64,000 bases of DNA. Source: Macrostomum lignano. Lineage: Eukaryota. The stretch lies in contig NIVC01000424.1 in assembly GCA_002269645.1 (NCBI GenBank), forward strand, positions 186,001-250,000, written 5' to 3'. The notes beneath the pieces were generated by a model. The model was given only the letters and a program-made list of their open reading frames with translations. It did not search any database and was not told the DNA's origin. Position numbers and translations under genes: made by a program. Below are positions 1-12,508 of this stretch, in pieces (the first letter of the stretch is position 1; each line of letters opens with the position of its first letter).

Positions 1-401
1 GCTGTTCCCAAAGACACACACACACCGAGGGTGTTTACACAGATGTTTACACAGAGTTTACACAGATGCCCCAATTCATAGCGAGGCCAACACCTTTTAG
101 CAGTCGCACGGCTGTCTTTCGCACCTTATTAAATGTTTTCTCTGTTTGGGCGGGCTAATTCAATTTCCATATAAGTTTATCTGCTTGTGAAAACTATTTT
201 TAAACAAACACTGTTATGTTGTGCAGTGGAAGCTGCTTTCCAGTGTGTGGCCCCTTTTTAGTTGCGTATAGGCTGGTCGAATTTATATATTGATATATAA
301 CAAAATTATATGTTGTAATCTCTAAGAAAAAATTGTTTTACTTAGATAGTTCATTTGGTATTAAAAGGATAATTTAGTCAATTTGAGCTAGAGGAAGAAA
401 G

Positions 402-1080
402 GTGAGAGAGATGAGGGAGAGAGATGAGGGAGAGAGATGAGGAGAGAGATGAGGGAGAGAGGTGAGGGAGAGAGGTGAGGAAGAGAGATGAGGGAAGGAG
501 ATGAGGGAGAGAGGTGAGGGAGAGAGGTGAGGAAGAGAGATGAGGGAGGGAGATGAGGGAGAGAGGTGAGGGAGAGAGGTGAGGGAGAGAGATGAGGGAG
601 AGAGATGAGGGAGGGAGATGAGGGAGAGAGATGAGGGAGAGAGATGATGGAGAGAGATGAGGGAGAGAGATGAGGGAGAGAGGTGAGGGAGAGAGGTGAG
701 GGAGAGAGATGAGGGAGAGAGATGAGGGAGAGAGGTGAGGGAGAGAGGTGAAGGAGAGAGATGAGGGAGAGAGATGAGGGAGACAGGTGAGGGAGAGAGG
801 TGAGGGAGAGAGATGAGGGAGAGATGAGGGAGAGATATGAGGGAGAGATATGAGGGAGAGAGACAAGGGAGAGAGACAAGGGAGAGAGATGAGGGAGAGA
901 GATAAGGGAGAGAGAGATGAGGGAGAGAGACAAGGGAGAGAGACAAGGGAGAGAGACAAGGGAGAGAGATGAGGGAGAGAGACAAGGGAGAGAGATGAGG
1001 GAGAGAGACAAGGGAGAGAGACAAGGGAGAGAGACAAGGGAGAAAGGTGAGGGAGAGAAATGAGGGAGAGTGGTGAGGAA
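402..1080. repeat. GA-rich minisatellite (about 13-15 bp units, GAGGGAGAGAGAT/GGT, grading to GACAAGGGAGAGA)
   Basis: Direct tandem periodicity; explains the three S/L/P-rich ORFs 374-1143. Confidence 0.95.
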
Positions 1081-1525
1081 GAGAAGCATTTCACGTTTCC
1101 CTAATAGGCAATATATAAAAATAGACCGAATAATGTTGAACAAAGAGTGGGCAGGCTCTGAATGAAAGTTGAAATTCCATAACCGGAGCCGTAGCTAAGC
1201 TGGAACAGAAGGCGCAGTGCTAATGCGAAGCGAGAGTTGAGTCTATTTGTCTAAATGCCTTGGCGTCACACCTGCGAGTGGCCAAGTTCACACAGGCGCC
1301 TCCCACAGCCTACAAACAGGAGGTTGCTCTGATGTCATTGGGGGTAGAGTTGGGCAAACAGTTTATGCAGAGAGAGATAGCATACAGACACAAACATTAC
1401 ACATTCGTCAGGAATTGAGCAGTTAAAGTCACCGTTTTTTGTGCGTGACTGCGTGTTGAACATCCAACCTTATATACGGTTCGTGTTGAAAGACTCAGCA
1501 TTATATATATATATGCTAGCTTTGT

Positions 1526-1679
1526 CTATTTAGTTTGCAGAGTCTCCAATTTCTCAAACCCGTCTGGGCGTTTGTCTCCGCCTAGCACCTTGAGCTCGTG
1601 TTTGTCTGTTTGTGTAAGTCGCCTTTCAAATAATTCCCTACTAGATAGCGCCTCCCTTATGCCGCTCGCGCAAACTTTC
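1526..1679 (-). CDS. Possible terminal exon of an unidentified gene (KVCASGIREALSSRELFERRLTQTDKHELKVLGGDKRPDGFEKLETLQTK*)
   Basis: Open frame after a pyrimidine-CAG acceptor (1680-1682) ending in TAG at 1526; protein-like composition; further coding-like sequence up to about 1850. No family recognised. Confidence 0.3.
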
Positions 1680-1863
1680 CTGAGTTGGAATCATGTGCTC
1701 AAAATTTTTGAATGCAATTTTTACTGAGGATTGGAGAGCCTTTGTGTCCGGCTTCTTGGCTGGGGCGGGGGTATCTGCTTTCACTGTTGCTTGAGCGTGT
1801 GCTTTGAGTGTCTGCTTCTGCGAAATGTGTTCTACTAAAGCAAAATATAATCAGTGGGCTCAA

Positions 1864-2331
1864 TGTGTTAGATACTGGCTGCTACTGTGTTAGATACTGG
1901 CTGCTACTGTGTTAGATACTGGCTGCTACTGTGTCAGATACTGGCTGCTACTGTGTTAGATACTGGCCGCTACTGTGTTAGATACTGGCTGCTACTGTAT
2001 TAGATACTGGCTGCTACTGTGTCAGATACTGGCTGCTACTGTGTTAGATACTGGCTGCTACTGTGTCAGATACTGGCTGCTACTGTGTTAGATACTGGCT
2101 GCTACTGTGTTAGATACTGGCTGCTACTGTGTTAGATACTGGCTGCTACTGTGTTAGATACTGGCTGCTACTGTGTTAGATTCTGGCTGCTACTGCGTTA
2201 GATACTGGCTGCTACTGTGTTAGATACTGGCTGCTACTGTGTTAGATACTGGCTGCTACTGTGTTAGATACTGGCTGCTACTGTGTCAGATACTGGCTGC
2301 TACTGTGTTAGATACTGGCTGCTACTGTGTC
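1864..2331. repeat. 22-bp minisatellite (TGTGTTAGATACTGGCTGCTAC), about 21 copies
   Basis: Direct tandem repeat with few variants. Confidence 0.97.
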
Positions 2332-2888
2332 AGTCATCAGGCACCCACAATATTTGGGTCTCACTGTCATATATGTCTAAACTCGCAAGCAACTTGAAAT
2401 CAATAAATTCGCACAAAATACTGCAATATTTAAATTTATTTTTTCTAAAACTATTCAAAATATTTTCTGCAATTTTAAACCGAAATACGCAAAAACCTAA
2501 ACGAACTTTGAAATCTTGAAACTTTTCTAAGGCTAGTCAGTGAAATTTAGTCGAGGGAACTTCCCAGAAGTTACTATTCTAACAAATTTAAACTGGCGAA
2601 TGTTTAAACCGAGCGTAAACACTTTAATAAAATCCATACTTTCAAACGCAGCTTCGAACATTCTGCAGTGCGGCCACTGCGATTGCGTGGGCGGAGGCGG
2701 AAGCTTATATTAACAGATTCAAGACTTGTTTTTAGCGCTCTCTGCTATCAAACAAGATTAAAGCTCAAATTCTATATTATGTTCATAGCAGATCCACATT
2801 GCAATTGGCCTGGTGGGCAATTCTTAGAATATAATAATCAATTTCTGAGGCCAGCATGATCAGCGGTGCGATTCTAATTAGACTTTTG

Positions 2889-3677
<789 letters not shown>

Positions 3678-4379
3678 TCATACTGAATGTTGATAGGGTG
3701 CGGAGTGAACGGTGAGAATCGCACCAGCTACCAAACTGCAATTAAGCCATAATGAGCTAAATTTGGCATCTTTGTCAGCCTACAGTCCAACAAGCGACCG
3801 ATTCAGTTTACAAACTGCATACTGAACTTGTTGCCAATTTCGAAATAAGGTAGAAAAAAACAGAACTAGACGGCGCTTCTGTCTAAAGGGTCAAGTGGTT
3901 TAATTAATCAAGAGCTTAAGGCGAATAATATAACATTAATTCAAGATAATATATAGCATAGAATTATATTAGCTTCATCAGGTAAGAGGTCAAACCACAA
4001 CCAAGTGAGAGGATATAATTGAAATTACAAAAAATTATCAAATACTAGATTATTGAGGAAATCCGTTTTATTACACGGCAAATATATTTTGAATAAACTA
4101 CAGATTGGCTACTTAAATGAGTAGCATTAGAGGTTATGAAACGCAAAATTTATATTGTGTTATTATTGAGATAAGAGATTGTTTTGTGGCATTTTGAAGC
4201 GAGATTTCAGTTAATTCAAAGCTGATTTCAATAAAAGAGGGTTTCTGTCAAAAGCTAAGCAACTCTTTGATACGATAAGTTAAAAGTTCAACTAAGTTTG
4301 CAAATTAAAACTAACTGTAGCTGAAAACTTTGCCTAGACTAGAATATTGTTACAGTATGAAATTGGGGCTAGATATCTA

Positions 4380-4990
4380 TTAGAGATCCATTAGAAACGG
4401 ATTAGAAATGAATTAGAAGTGGATTAGCAACACGATAGAAACCAATTAGAAACCCGTTAGAAACCCATTAAAACATATTAGAAAATCATGAAAAACCCAT
4501 TAGCAAACCATTAGTAAACGGTTAAAGACCCATTAGCAACCCATTAGAAAGCCGATTAAAAACTAAACCCCATAAACCCTCTAAACCCGATTAGAAACCC
4601 ATTAAGAAAACATTAGAAACCCATTAGCAACCCATTAGCAACCCAATAGGAACCCATTAGAAACCCATTAGAACCCCAATTAGAAACCCATTAAAAAAGC
4701 CATTAAAAACGGAATTTGAAACCCTATTAGAAACTCATTAGAAAAACCCATTAGGAATTCATTAGAAACCAGTTAAAAACCCACTAGAAACTTAATTAGA
4801 AAACAAATTAAAAAATCATTAGAAACCAATTAGAAACTCATTAGAAACTCATTAGAAACCAATTAGAAACTCATTAGAAACTCATTAGAGACCAATTAGA
4901 AACCCAATTAGACATCCATTAGAAAACCCATTAGAAATTTATTAGAATCGATTAGAAATATATTAGAAAAAACTGTTAGAGATACAAATT
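4380..4990. repeat. Degenerate about 11-bp repeat (AAACCCATTAG core)
   Basis: Recurring ATTAGAAACCC motif with many variants, just past the 3' end of the TXNDC16-like gene. Confidence 0.85.
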
Positions 4991-5169
4991 AGAAATCTAT
5001 ATGAGATTGAACAGTTCCATCGTAGAAACGCAGTGTTCTATCGTTCCACTTCAAGTAATCCTTGATATGCACTCTTATTCCCAGTGATCCCCGTGCATCA
5101 GCACTGCAAAGCAAAATGAGTCGCATTTCAGTGTCTGTCACCTCGAAGGCTCAACCCACAACAGTTCGC

Positions 5170-8076
5170 TCAGAGCTCTTCCCTGGCCGAGTGCGCCCCG
5201 GACGGAGCGAATGCCTGCTCAGCACTCATGGACATCCTGGCCGCCGGATCAACCGCTTCAGCGGCGGGGGCGGCCTCGTCGTCTTCGGCATCGCGAACGT
5301 CGTCAGTAGCCCGCGATTCCGTGTCAGCCGTGAAGGCGCGACTGCTGTGCGGCCTGCGCTCCCTGTTTGCTGAATAGGTCTTGCCGTGGTACACCTGGTC
5401 GACAAAGTTGAACACCTGCGTGGCCGGCTGCCAGGGTTGCCGAGGCTCCACCGACTTCCCATCGGTCAGCTGGTTGTTAACCACCTTCTCCAGCCAGTCG
5501 GCCGCGCGCTGTGACAGCTCAGAGCGAGCCATTTTGCCCAGCGGCAGTCTGTGGATGAGCCTATTGCTGGAGCCCGCAGGCCTTGTCAAAGCAACCAAAG
5601 CTGGCAGATTCAGACCCGAGAGCTGGTGCACCAGATCGTTCAGATGGCTAAAGTGGCGCAGGTTCATGTGGCAGACGGTGGCTCGACCGGTGAACTTGGC
5701 TCGGAGGTGCTCCAGCATGTCGGCGCTTTCGTTCTGGTTGTCAACGTGGAACAGAATCGCTAACGGACGGTTGCGTTTTAGCGCCGATGGCAGGTACACC
5801 CAGGTGCAGGGGAACACGGAGTCCAGGTGATTGTTCTCAACATAGTTGGCCAGCTCTGTAGCATCGTCCAGGGAGCCGCTGTACGGACTCACGCTTGGCT
5901 TGGCGTCTCGGTGGACGGCGGTCAACGTACCTTTGTCTTTGTTGTTCTTCTCGTGAACAAAGACTTCACGGAATCGATTGGACTTGGCGAAGACTGCCAA
6001 TTTGGTAGGCAATTCGGCGCCTCGATACACGAATGCGCGCGGTTTTAGGGAGATTATCTGTTTCAAAACCTGCTGCGTCTCCTGCTCGGAGCTGGTTGGA
6101 ACGACAGGCGGCTCGAAGGCGAGCTTCGTGTACAAGCACAGATCATCAGAGACAATCGGGCCCGAGTAGGTGTTCAGCTGGATGCCCCTGCTGAACATGG
6201 CAATCGTGGGATAGGAAAGGACGCCCAGCTTCTGGCAGATTTCGTTGCCCTCAAAGCAGTCGATCTTGACTAGTTGAACATCCGGGAAGCCCAGTCGTCT
6301 GGCGCAGTCGCCAACGGAGGCCCAGATAGATCGGGCAGCCTTGCACAGCGGGCTCCAGGACACGGTGAACAAAACCATCCACGGCTTGTCTTTACCGGCT
6401 AATTCGAAAAAATTGCTCATTAACTTATCGTCAGATTCAACGACTAAAACGCCCGAGACATTGTAAATATCCCTGAATTTCAGCTGCTCAACGAAGGCAT
6501 CTGTTTGATTGCTGACTCGAATCTCGTCTACTAAATCTTTTGTGTCTTCGTCCGCTCGGGCCATTTCGCCGGAGATGTGGCCGCTTTTAATCAACTTTTC
6601 AGGCAGCTCAGCCACGTCGGTATTAAAGACTTCTCGAGATGACTGGATAATGATCTGGTAGCTGCCCTCCTGAGCTATATGGCGCACAGTTGAGTCCAAA
6701 GTTGCGATCGGTTCGTCATTTTTGAGCACAGCAAACGCCCCATTGGGAAATCGCATGAAGTAGCAGGGTCGCTCGAATACCTCCTGCAAGTTTAAGCCAG
6801 TGTCAACGTCCTTCAGAATCTGCAGAGCCGTGGCCTTGTTGAGAACAACAGGATAGTAAGTTATGCTGAAGGACGAGCCCAGATATGACGTCAACGAGTC
6901 CATCATCTCCAGGCTGATCATCGGATCTGTGAGAAGTTCGTCTACTGGCATGACAGCCAAAACGTATGAAGCTGTACTGTGAACAAAGTCGCTGAGCTCA
7001 CTAACTGCAGTAGACTTGTACGTCGGATACGAAGTGCCTGGCAATGAATGGGCGGCCAACACTCCGTGCAGCAAGAATGCAGAATATTGCTCAGGAACGA
7101 GCATCTCGTTAGCGATCTTCATTAATGGTTTACAACTGAAAACCCACTTGGCATCTGACGAGCAGATTTGTCTCGTGTACAACGCTAGAAAGCTTTCATG
7201 CTCTCGAATCTTCCATCGGTACAGAGGTCGATCAGCCTCCTTTTCGATGTAGCTCAAAGGAGTGGCTATGATGTGGAAAGCGAAGCTCGATTTCAGGGTT
7301 AATGCCGCCTCCAGGAACCAAGCCAACTGTTGGTAATAAGCCAGGTTTTTTACCGGGCCAGCAGAGAACACGGCTACAGGTAGAGCTGCACCAGAAGTCA
7401 ACTGCTTGCCATTGGAATCATCCAGCTCCGACTGGATGAGATACTCGGTACCAGTGGAAGTAGTCAGTCGCAGCTCGCCCAGCTCTTTAGCAATGTAGGC
7501 CTGCCGTTCGACCATTCGGAAATGAACGTACTGAAGCATGTTGAGCAGAGTGGTAGGACGCTCTTTCTCTTTGTTTTCAATCAGCGAGCAGCCGAAATTC
7601 TGCGAACAGTGGCCGCTGATTAGGAATACGAATTTGCTAACGTATCCACCTGTGCAGGCAATGCGCAGTCGTTGACACGCTGAATTGGCCGATTTCAGGC
7701 ACTTTGTAACGCCAATGTACGAGTTGTGGCGCTCCATTTCGCTGGCAATCTCAAGGGCTGGATTGTTTGGCACAGTCAGTTCTTCCATGAACTCGCTATG
7801 AGCAAAGATCAATACGGTGACGCGGCTCATGAAGGTGTCCAGCGATTGGTCCTGCTCCTGCGCCCGACGCGCAAAATGCTGGATGATGGAGCAGTTTCTT
7901 GCCGGCTTGCTGGCATCTTCTTTGTTAGCCGCTAGACAGGACGGCAGCTGGATGCCCTCCAAGATGGAGCGAAACTCTTCTCCGTCGCAAAAGTTCTTCT
8001 TGACCTTACTGCCGGCCAACGACTGCACTGCGCTGCCTATTAGAAGAAGCAAAAGCAGTCCGTGATTCAACAGCAT
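5170..8076 (-). CDS. TXNDC16: Intronless ER thioredoxin-fold protein, TXNDC16/ERp90-like (968 aa)
   Basis: True ATG at 8076 (CAAAAATG context). Signal peptide MLLNHGLLLLLLIGSAVQSLA. Trx-like domain WMVLFTVSWSPLC...VKIDC...ICQKLGVLSYPTIAMF...YSG resembles the TXNDC16 domain as I recall it. C-terminal REEL ER-retention signal. Orthology not tested. Confidence 0.75.
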   Translation of the reverse strand: MLLNHGLLLLLLIGSAVQSLAGSKVKKNFCDGEEFRSILEGIQLPSCLAANKEDASKPARNCSIIQHFARRAQEQDQSLDTFMSRVTVLIFAHSEFMEELTVPNNPALEIASEMERHNSYIGVTKCLKSANSACQRLRIACTGGYVSKFVFLISGHCSQNFGCSLIENKEKERPTTLLNMLQYVHFRMVERQAYIAKELGELRLTTSTGTEYLIQSELDDSNGKQLTSGAALPVAVFSAGPVKNLAYYQQLAWFLEAALTLKSSFAFHIIATPLSYIEKEADRPLYRWKIREHESFLALYTRQICSSDAKWVFSCKPLMKIANEMLVPEQYSAFLLHGVLAAHSLPGTSYPTYKSTAVSELSDFVHSTASYVLAVMPVDELLTDPMISLEMMDSLTSYLGSSFSITYYPVVLNKATALQILKDVDTGLNLQEVFERPCYFMRFPNGAFAVLKNDEPIATLDSTVRHIAQEGSYQIIIQSSREVFNTDVAELPEKLIKSGHISGEMARADEDTKDLVDEIRVSNQTDAFVEQLKFRDIYNVSGVLVVESDDKLMSNFFELAGKDKPWMVLFTVSWSPLCKAARSIWASVGDCARRLGFPDVQLVKIDCFEGNEICQKLGVLSYPTIAMFSRGIQLNTYSGPIVSDDLCLYTKLAFEPPVVPTSSEQETQQVLKQIISLKPRAFVYRGAELPTKLAVFAKSNRFREVFVHEKNNKDKGTLTAVHRDAKPSVSPYSGSLDDATELANYVENNHLDSVFPCTWVYLPSALKRNRPLAILFHVDNQNESADMLEHLRAKFTGRATVCHMNLRHFSHLNDLVHQLSGLNLPALVALTRPAGSSNRLIHRLPLGKMARSELSQRAADWLEKVVNNQLTDGKSVEPRQPWQPATQVFNFVDQVYHGKTYSANRERRPHSSRAFTADTESRATDDVRDAEDDEAAPAAEAVDPAARMSMSAEQAFAPSGAHSAREEL

Positions 8077-8715
8077 TTTTGCTTGAACCGATTTGAATCC
8101 CAATTCAAGTGTCGTAACGCGCAACAGGAAATATTTAAGCCAATGAGTTTTACTTATGTTTCCTTAGACTAATATTTGCTGCTGCTGCTGCTGCTGCTGC
8201 GATCACTGCGTGTCAAGCCAACTCGTGCAGATCAGTCAACCCCCAGCTCCAAAACTGCGTTTTCCAGAGAGGGTTGGAGAAGGGGTTGTTGGAGTTTACA
8301 GTCCGAGTCGAGTCAGACTAGAATTTATTAAGATCTGCGGCCCGAAAAATGAGTGCGGAGTGAGGTCGAGGGGTGGAGCGCTTCGCACAGAGACACTACA
8401 GCAGAATGAAAAAGAAAGAAAAATGGAAAGAAAATGCCTTATTTGCGGTTTGAAACACGCGGTAAGAGTTGCAGAGGAAGAGAATATCGTGCAGAGAAGT
8501 GTATATAGGTATACTCGTAAGACAAGTAGCAGTTTGTGTATCAGAGAGATATCTGCGAGCGTACTAGCAAAATGTGTACAAGCTCAGTTATTCAGCCAGC
8601 CTGCAACCTACCGGCACCCCATTATGGAATTTTGGAAATTGCTAAAATTCTAGCAATACTCAAAATAGCTACATGAGTCTCAGGACTCAGCAATAGTTTT
8701 TGAGTTGTTAGACTC

Positions 8716-8741
8716 GGGGCGGGCGTGTAGATGACGGAAGT
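8716..8741. promoter_or_regulatory. GC-box plus ETS motif, candidate promoter of the TXNDC16-like gene
   Basis: GGGGCGGGC at 8716 and CGGAAGT at 8735, about 650 bp upstream of the ATG. Confidence 0.35.
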
Positions 8742-9100
8742 TATATGCACTTGGAATTCCTAATGCAAACTCTAGATCTAGTTGCAAACTTTAATGAAAT
8801 ATACATGCAGAAGACTTCTTATTCTGTTGCAAGATGGATACTTTTATGGATAAATTAACATGTGTGACTGGTTAGAAAATAAAAATTAAGTGAGGTTCTC
8901 GGTTATTTGGAAATTATGATAAAATCCGCGATACAGCTTAACAAGTACGATCGAGGGCATCACGAGCACATAATTCTCAATGGAATCAGCTATGCTGGCA
9001 GAGATTTTAATTAAAAATTCTTCTGTATCTATATAAGTAGTGTACACTTGTATTGAGTGGTTATAGATCGGAGTTGAATCTCAAATCAGTAGAGTTGGCG

Positions 9101-9572
9101 ACCCTGGTGCTGGCGCCCCTGGTGCTGCTGGCGCCCCTGGTGCTGGCGCCCCTGGTGCTGGCGCCCCTGGTGCTGGCGCCCCTGGTGCTGGCGCCCCTGG
9201 TGCTGGCGCCCCTGGTGCTGGCGCCCCTGGTGCTGGCGCCCCTGGTGCTGGCGCCCCTGGTGCTGGCGCCCCTGGTGCTGGCGCCCCTGGTGCTGGCGCC
9301 CCTGGTGCTGGCGCCCCTGGTGCTGGCGCCCCTGGTGCTGGCGCCCCTGGTGCTGGCGCCCCTGGTGCTGGCGCCCCTGGTGCTGGCGCCCCTGGTGCTG
9401 GCGCCCCTGGTGCTGGCGCCCCTGGTGCTGGCGCCCCTGGTGCTGGCGCCCCTGGTGCTGGCGCCCCTGGTGCTGGCGCCCCTGGTGCTGGCGCCCCTGG
9501 TGCTGGCGCCCCTGGTGCTGGCGCCCCTAGTGCTAAAGCTCCTGGTGCTAAAGCCCCTAGTGTTTACATTTT
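9101..9572. repeat. 15-bp GC-rich minisatellite (CCTGGTGCTGGCGCC), about 30 copies
   Basis: Near-perfect tandem array, decaying at the 3' end. Confidence 0.98.
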
Positions 9573-11707
9573 CGTGTACGTGAAACTTTAATACATGCGG
9601 CTCAGTTTATAGATGGCCTTTTTTAAATTTTCTGTTCTCAATAATTTTGTCCTATTTATAACTCACTCTTGAGTTCCCTTCGTATACTGTGACTTCGTCA
9701 TAAAAGTCCAAAATTCTTCTGCATTTCTATTCAGGGTTTAATCAAGGACCACTAGGAACACTAGTCTAGTTGTCCTTGGATTTAGTTCTTTCAATTTGAT
9801 ACACGTCGGGAATGGTAGTTTCGCGATTTACAATTATCTTTGATTTTCATGATGTGATATTAACTTCAGAAACTTTTTTGCATGTTTGCAACAAATCACA
9901 ATGCCTGATTCAAGTTTTACTCACTTGAACTAGGGTACATTCCGTTGTTTAGTTGCTTTAATTATCGAGTGAGGATATGCTCGTTTTTAGTCGTTATTGT
10001 TTGAATTAGTTGCGATATTACATTTTCCTAGAAATAACTATTCTTATTGACAGATTGACTGACACAATCATACCAAAACTTTAAAGCAATTTTTCGAGCT
10101 AAACTTTAGGCGTCCGCTACAAAACTTCATGCAGTAATTCAATAAGAACTATGGAACACGATGCCAATAAGACTGGAGCTGGGAGTGGACTAAGTGAGTT
10201 TCGCTCGCAGTTTGTGATTGCTATTTAAAAGTATAAAACTAATTTGCCTTTTATTTTTGAGATGATTTTATGAAGAAAGTCAATACTGGTTATCATTTCA
10301 AACATGACTTAGACGATGTTCATATCTCAGCTATTATTAAATTTTTCTTATTAAATATTTGTTTGGCAGAGCATCTTTTTGTTGTTTTTCTTTTTATTTG
10401 AAATAAATTTAACCATTTGGGTATGCCTAAGCATGCATCAAAAATTGTTTCAGTCCTCAATGATTTTATACAAAACTATATATTATAGTTTTTAAACTTA
10501 ATAACCTTAACTAAGATTCAATGCTCCCATCAAATAGTATTTGCTATCAATTTTGAAATTTTGGCTTTTTCTGAAGAAAAAATTCATATAATAATAATTT
10601 TTTGTTTTGATAATATTTAATATCATTATCAGTTGCTTAATCGATTCTTTAAAGTCCATTACAGAAAAGTATCTATTTGAAAAATAACACAGTTCCAATT
10701 TTTAGCATTCAATTCCAGCTCAAATATGAATATATATACTATCTATAGTATCTATCTATCTATGTATAGTATATACAACTTTTTTACTATATATTTCAAC
10801 TTCAATGGGTTATTTTTACAAGTTTTTTACACTAAAAGCATGTCATATTTAATAATTTAACATATTGGTATTGGTGAAAAGTTAAATAATTTTGAGCAGC
10901 AAGAAATCAGAGTTGATAATTTTGTTCTTTTAATTCCATTTTCTATGCTTAGAAAAGCAAACTTCAATTAAATATATTTTCAAACTGAAACTACTAAATA
11001 CCTCCCTCAAAGTAAGTATAACTCAACATATTCTATGCCAAAATGGTTTGGATGAACCTAGAATTGATGCCAGAGTTTTTTTAATTTTGTTGCCTAATAA
11101 TACTGGAAATTTGTTCTATATGGTATATTACTCATCAATTTTGAACATCTGAATAAACTAATTACTAACTAGATAACGAGGCATTCACTTCTTTAGTGAA
11201 AGTCATAGTTACTTAATCCGATTACTCGATAACAATGTATGGAGCCTTATTTGTTGGTTTTAAAATAATCTGATTTAACATTCTTTTTATGGCTTGCTGT
11301 AGCCACCCTGCCCTCGATATTGCCCTGGAATGAACCACCTGTGCACGGTGTCCTCTCTGTCTGCCTACTATAGAATTTTTTTATCATTAACAGCCAAAAT
11401 GTTTTAGTTCCGCCTTTACTAACGATAGATCAGAGCCATAATCCAGATCTCGCCTCCCCAGTCATTTCTTCCCATTTCTCTAGCCTGCCGATCGATTTTT
11501 TTAGGGCGAAGCATTTTCCTCTTTACTTTGGGTGAACAATTCTCTCTGTCTCAGCGGTAAAAACCAAACCAGTTGTTGTCAGACAGAAACTGTACACTGG
11601 AGCTGTCTGCCGCAATTTCTTGTCTATGCCAAGCCATGGAGCCTTAGAACCAGTGCACGGAGTGGCAAGTCCATCTCCAAACAGATTTGTCTTGGCGAAA
11701 CCCCGAA

Positions 11708-12098
11708 ATGTCTGACTGGCTGGAAAAGTGTCTGACTGGCTGGAAAAGTGTCTGACTGGCTGGAAAAGTGTCTGACTGGCTGGAAAAATGTCTGGCTGGC
11801 TGGAAAAGTGTCTGACTGGCTGGAAAAGTGTCTGACTGGCTGGAAAAGTGTCTGACTGGCTGGAAAAGTGTCTGACTGGCTGGAAAAGTGTCTGACTGGC
11901 TGGAAAAGTGTCTGACTGGCTGGAAAAGTGTCTGACTGGCTGGAAAAGTGTCTGGCTGGCTGGAAAAGTGTCTGACTGGCTGGAAAAATGTCTGGCTGGC
12001 TGGAAAAGTGTCTGACTGGCTGGAAAAGTGTCTGACTGGCTGGCAAAGTGTCTGGCTGGCTGGAAAATGTCTGGCTGGCTGGAAAATGTCTGGCTGGT
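11708..12098. repeat. 20-bp minisatellite (TGTCTGACTGGCTGGAAAAG), about 19 copies
   Basis: Direct tandem repeat. Confidence 0.97.
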
Positions 12099-12367
12099 AA
12101 AGTGCTGCGAAAATGCAGTAAATTTAATATTTCAACGAAATTTTTGGCCAATAAAAGAAAACACCAATGCGTCGATTGATTCCTAAGTTCTGAGTTTTAG
12201 AACTCCTTGGCTCTCACAGTCTGTACTAAACCCCTGAGCTGAGTCAGCCGCCAATTCTTTTTAATCCCTTTCTCTGTTCTCCTTTTTGAGCAGTTCCTGA
12301 GTAAGCGATTGTGCACAAAATATTGTGCAGCCCGCCCGTGTCTGTCCCCGCGCTTTCCGCCTGACAA

Positions 12368-12374
12368 TATAAAG
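12368..12374 (+). promoter_or_regulatory. TATA box candidate for the EML gene
   Basis: TATAAAG about 140 bp upstream of the inferred ATG (12509). Confidence 0.35.
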
Positions 12375-12508
12375 CAGGAGAAATTTCAAGGGAAGGCTAA
12401 GTAGATTTCGGCGTGTGTAAACTGCTTACTGAACTGTGCCAACTTTGTAAATCATAGGTGATAGCACAATTGGCATCAGATTTCTGATCAGGATTCAAGC
12501 CGACAAAA

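Noticed and set aside
5062-8065. Short overlapping ORFs within the TXNDC16-like gene, and likewise within the bZIP and VIRMA exons
   Set aside because: Shadow frames of GC-rich coding sequence with no independent support.
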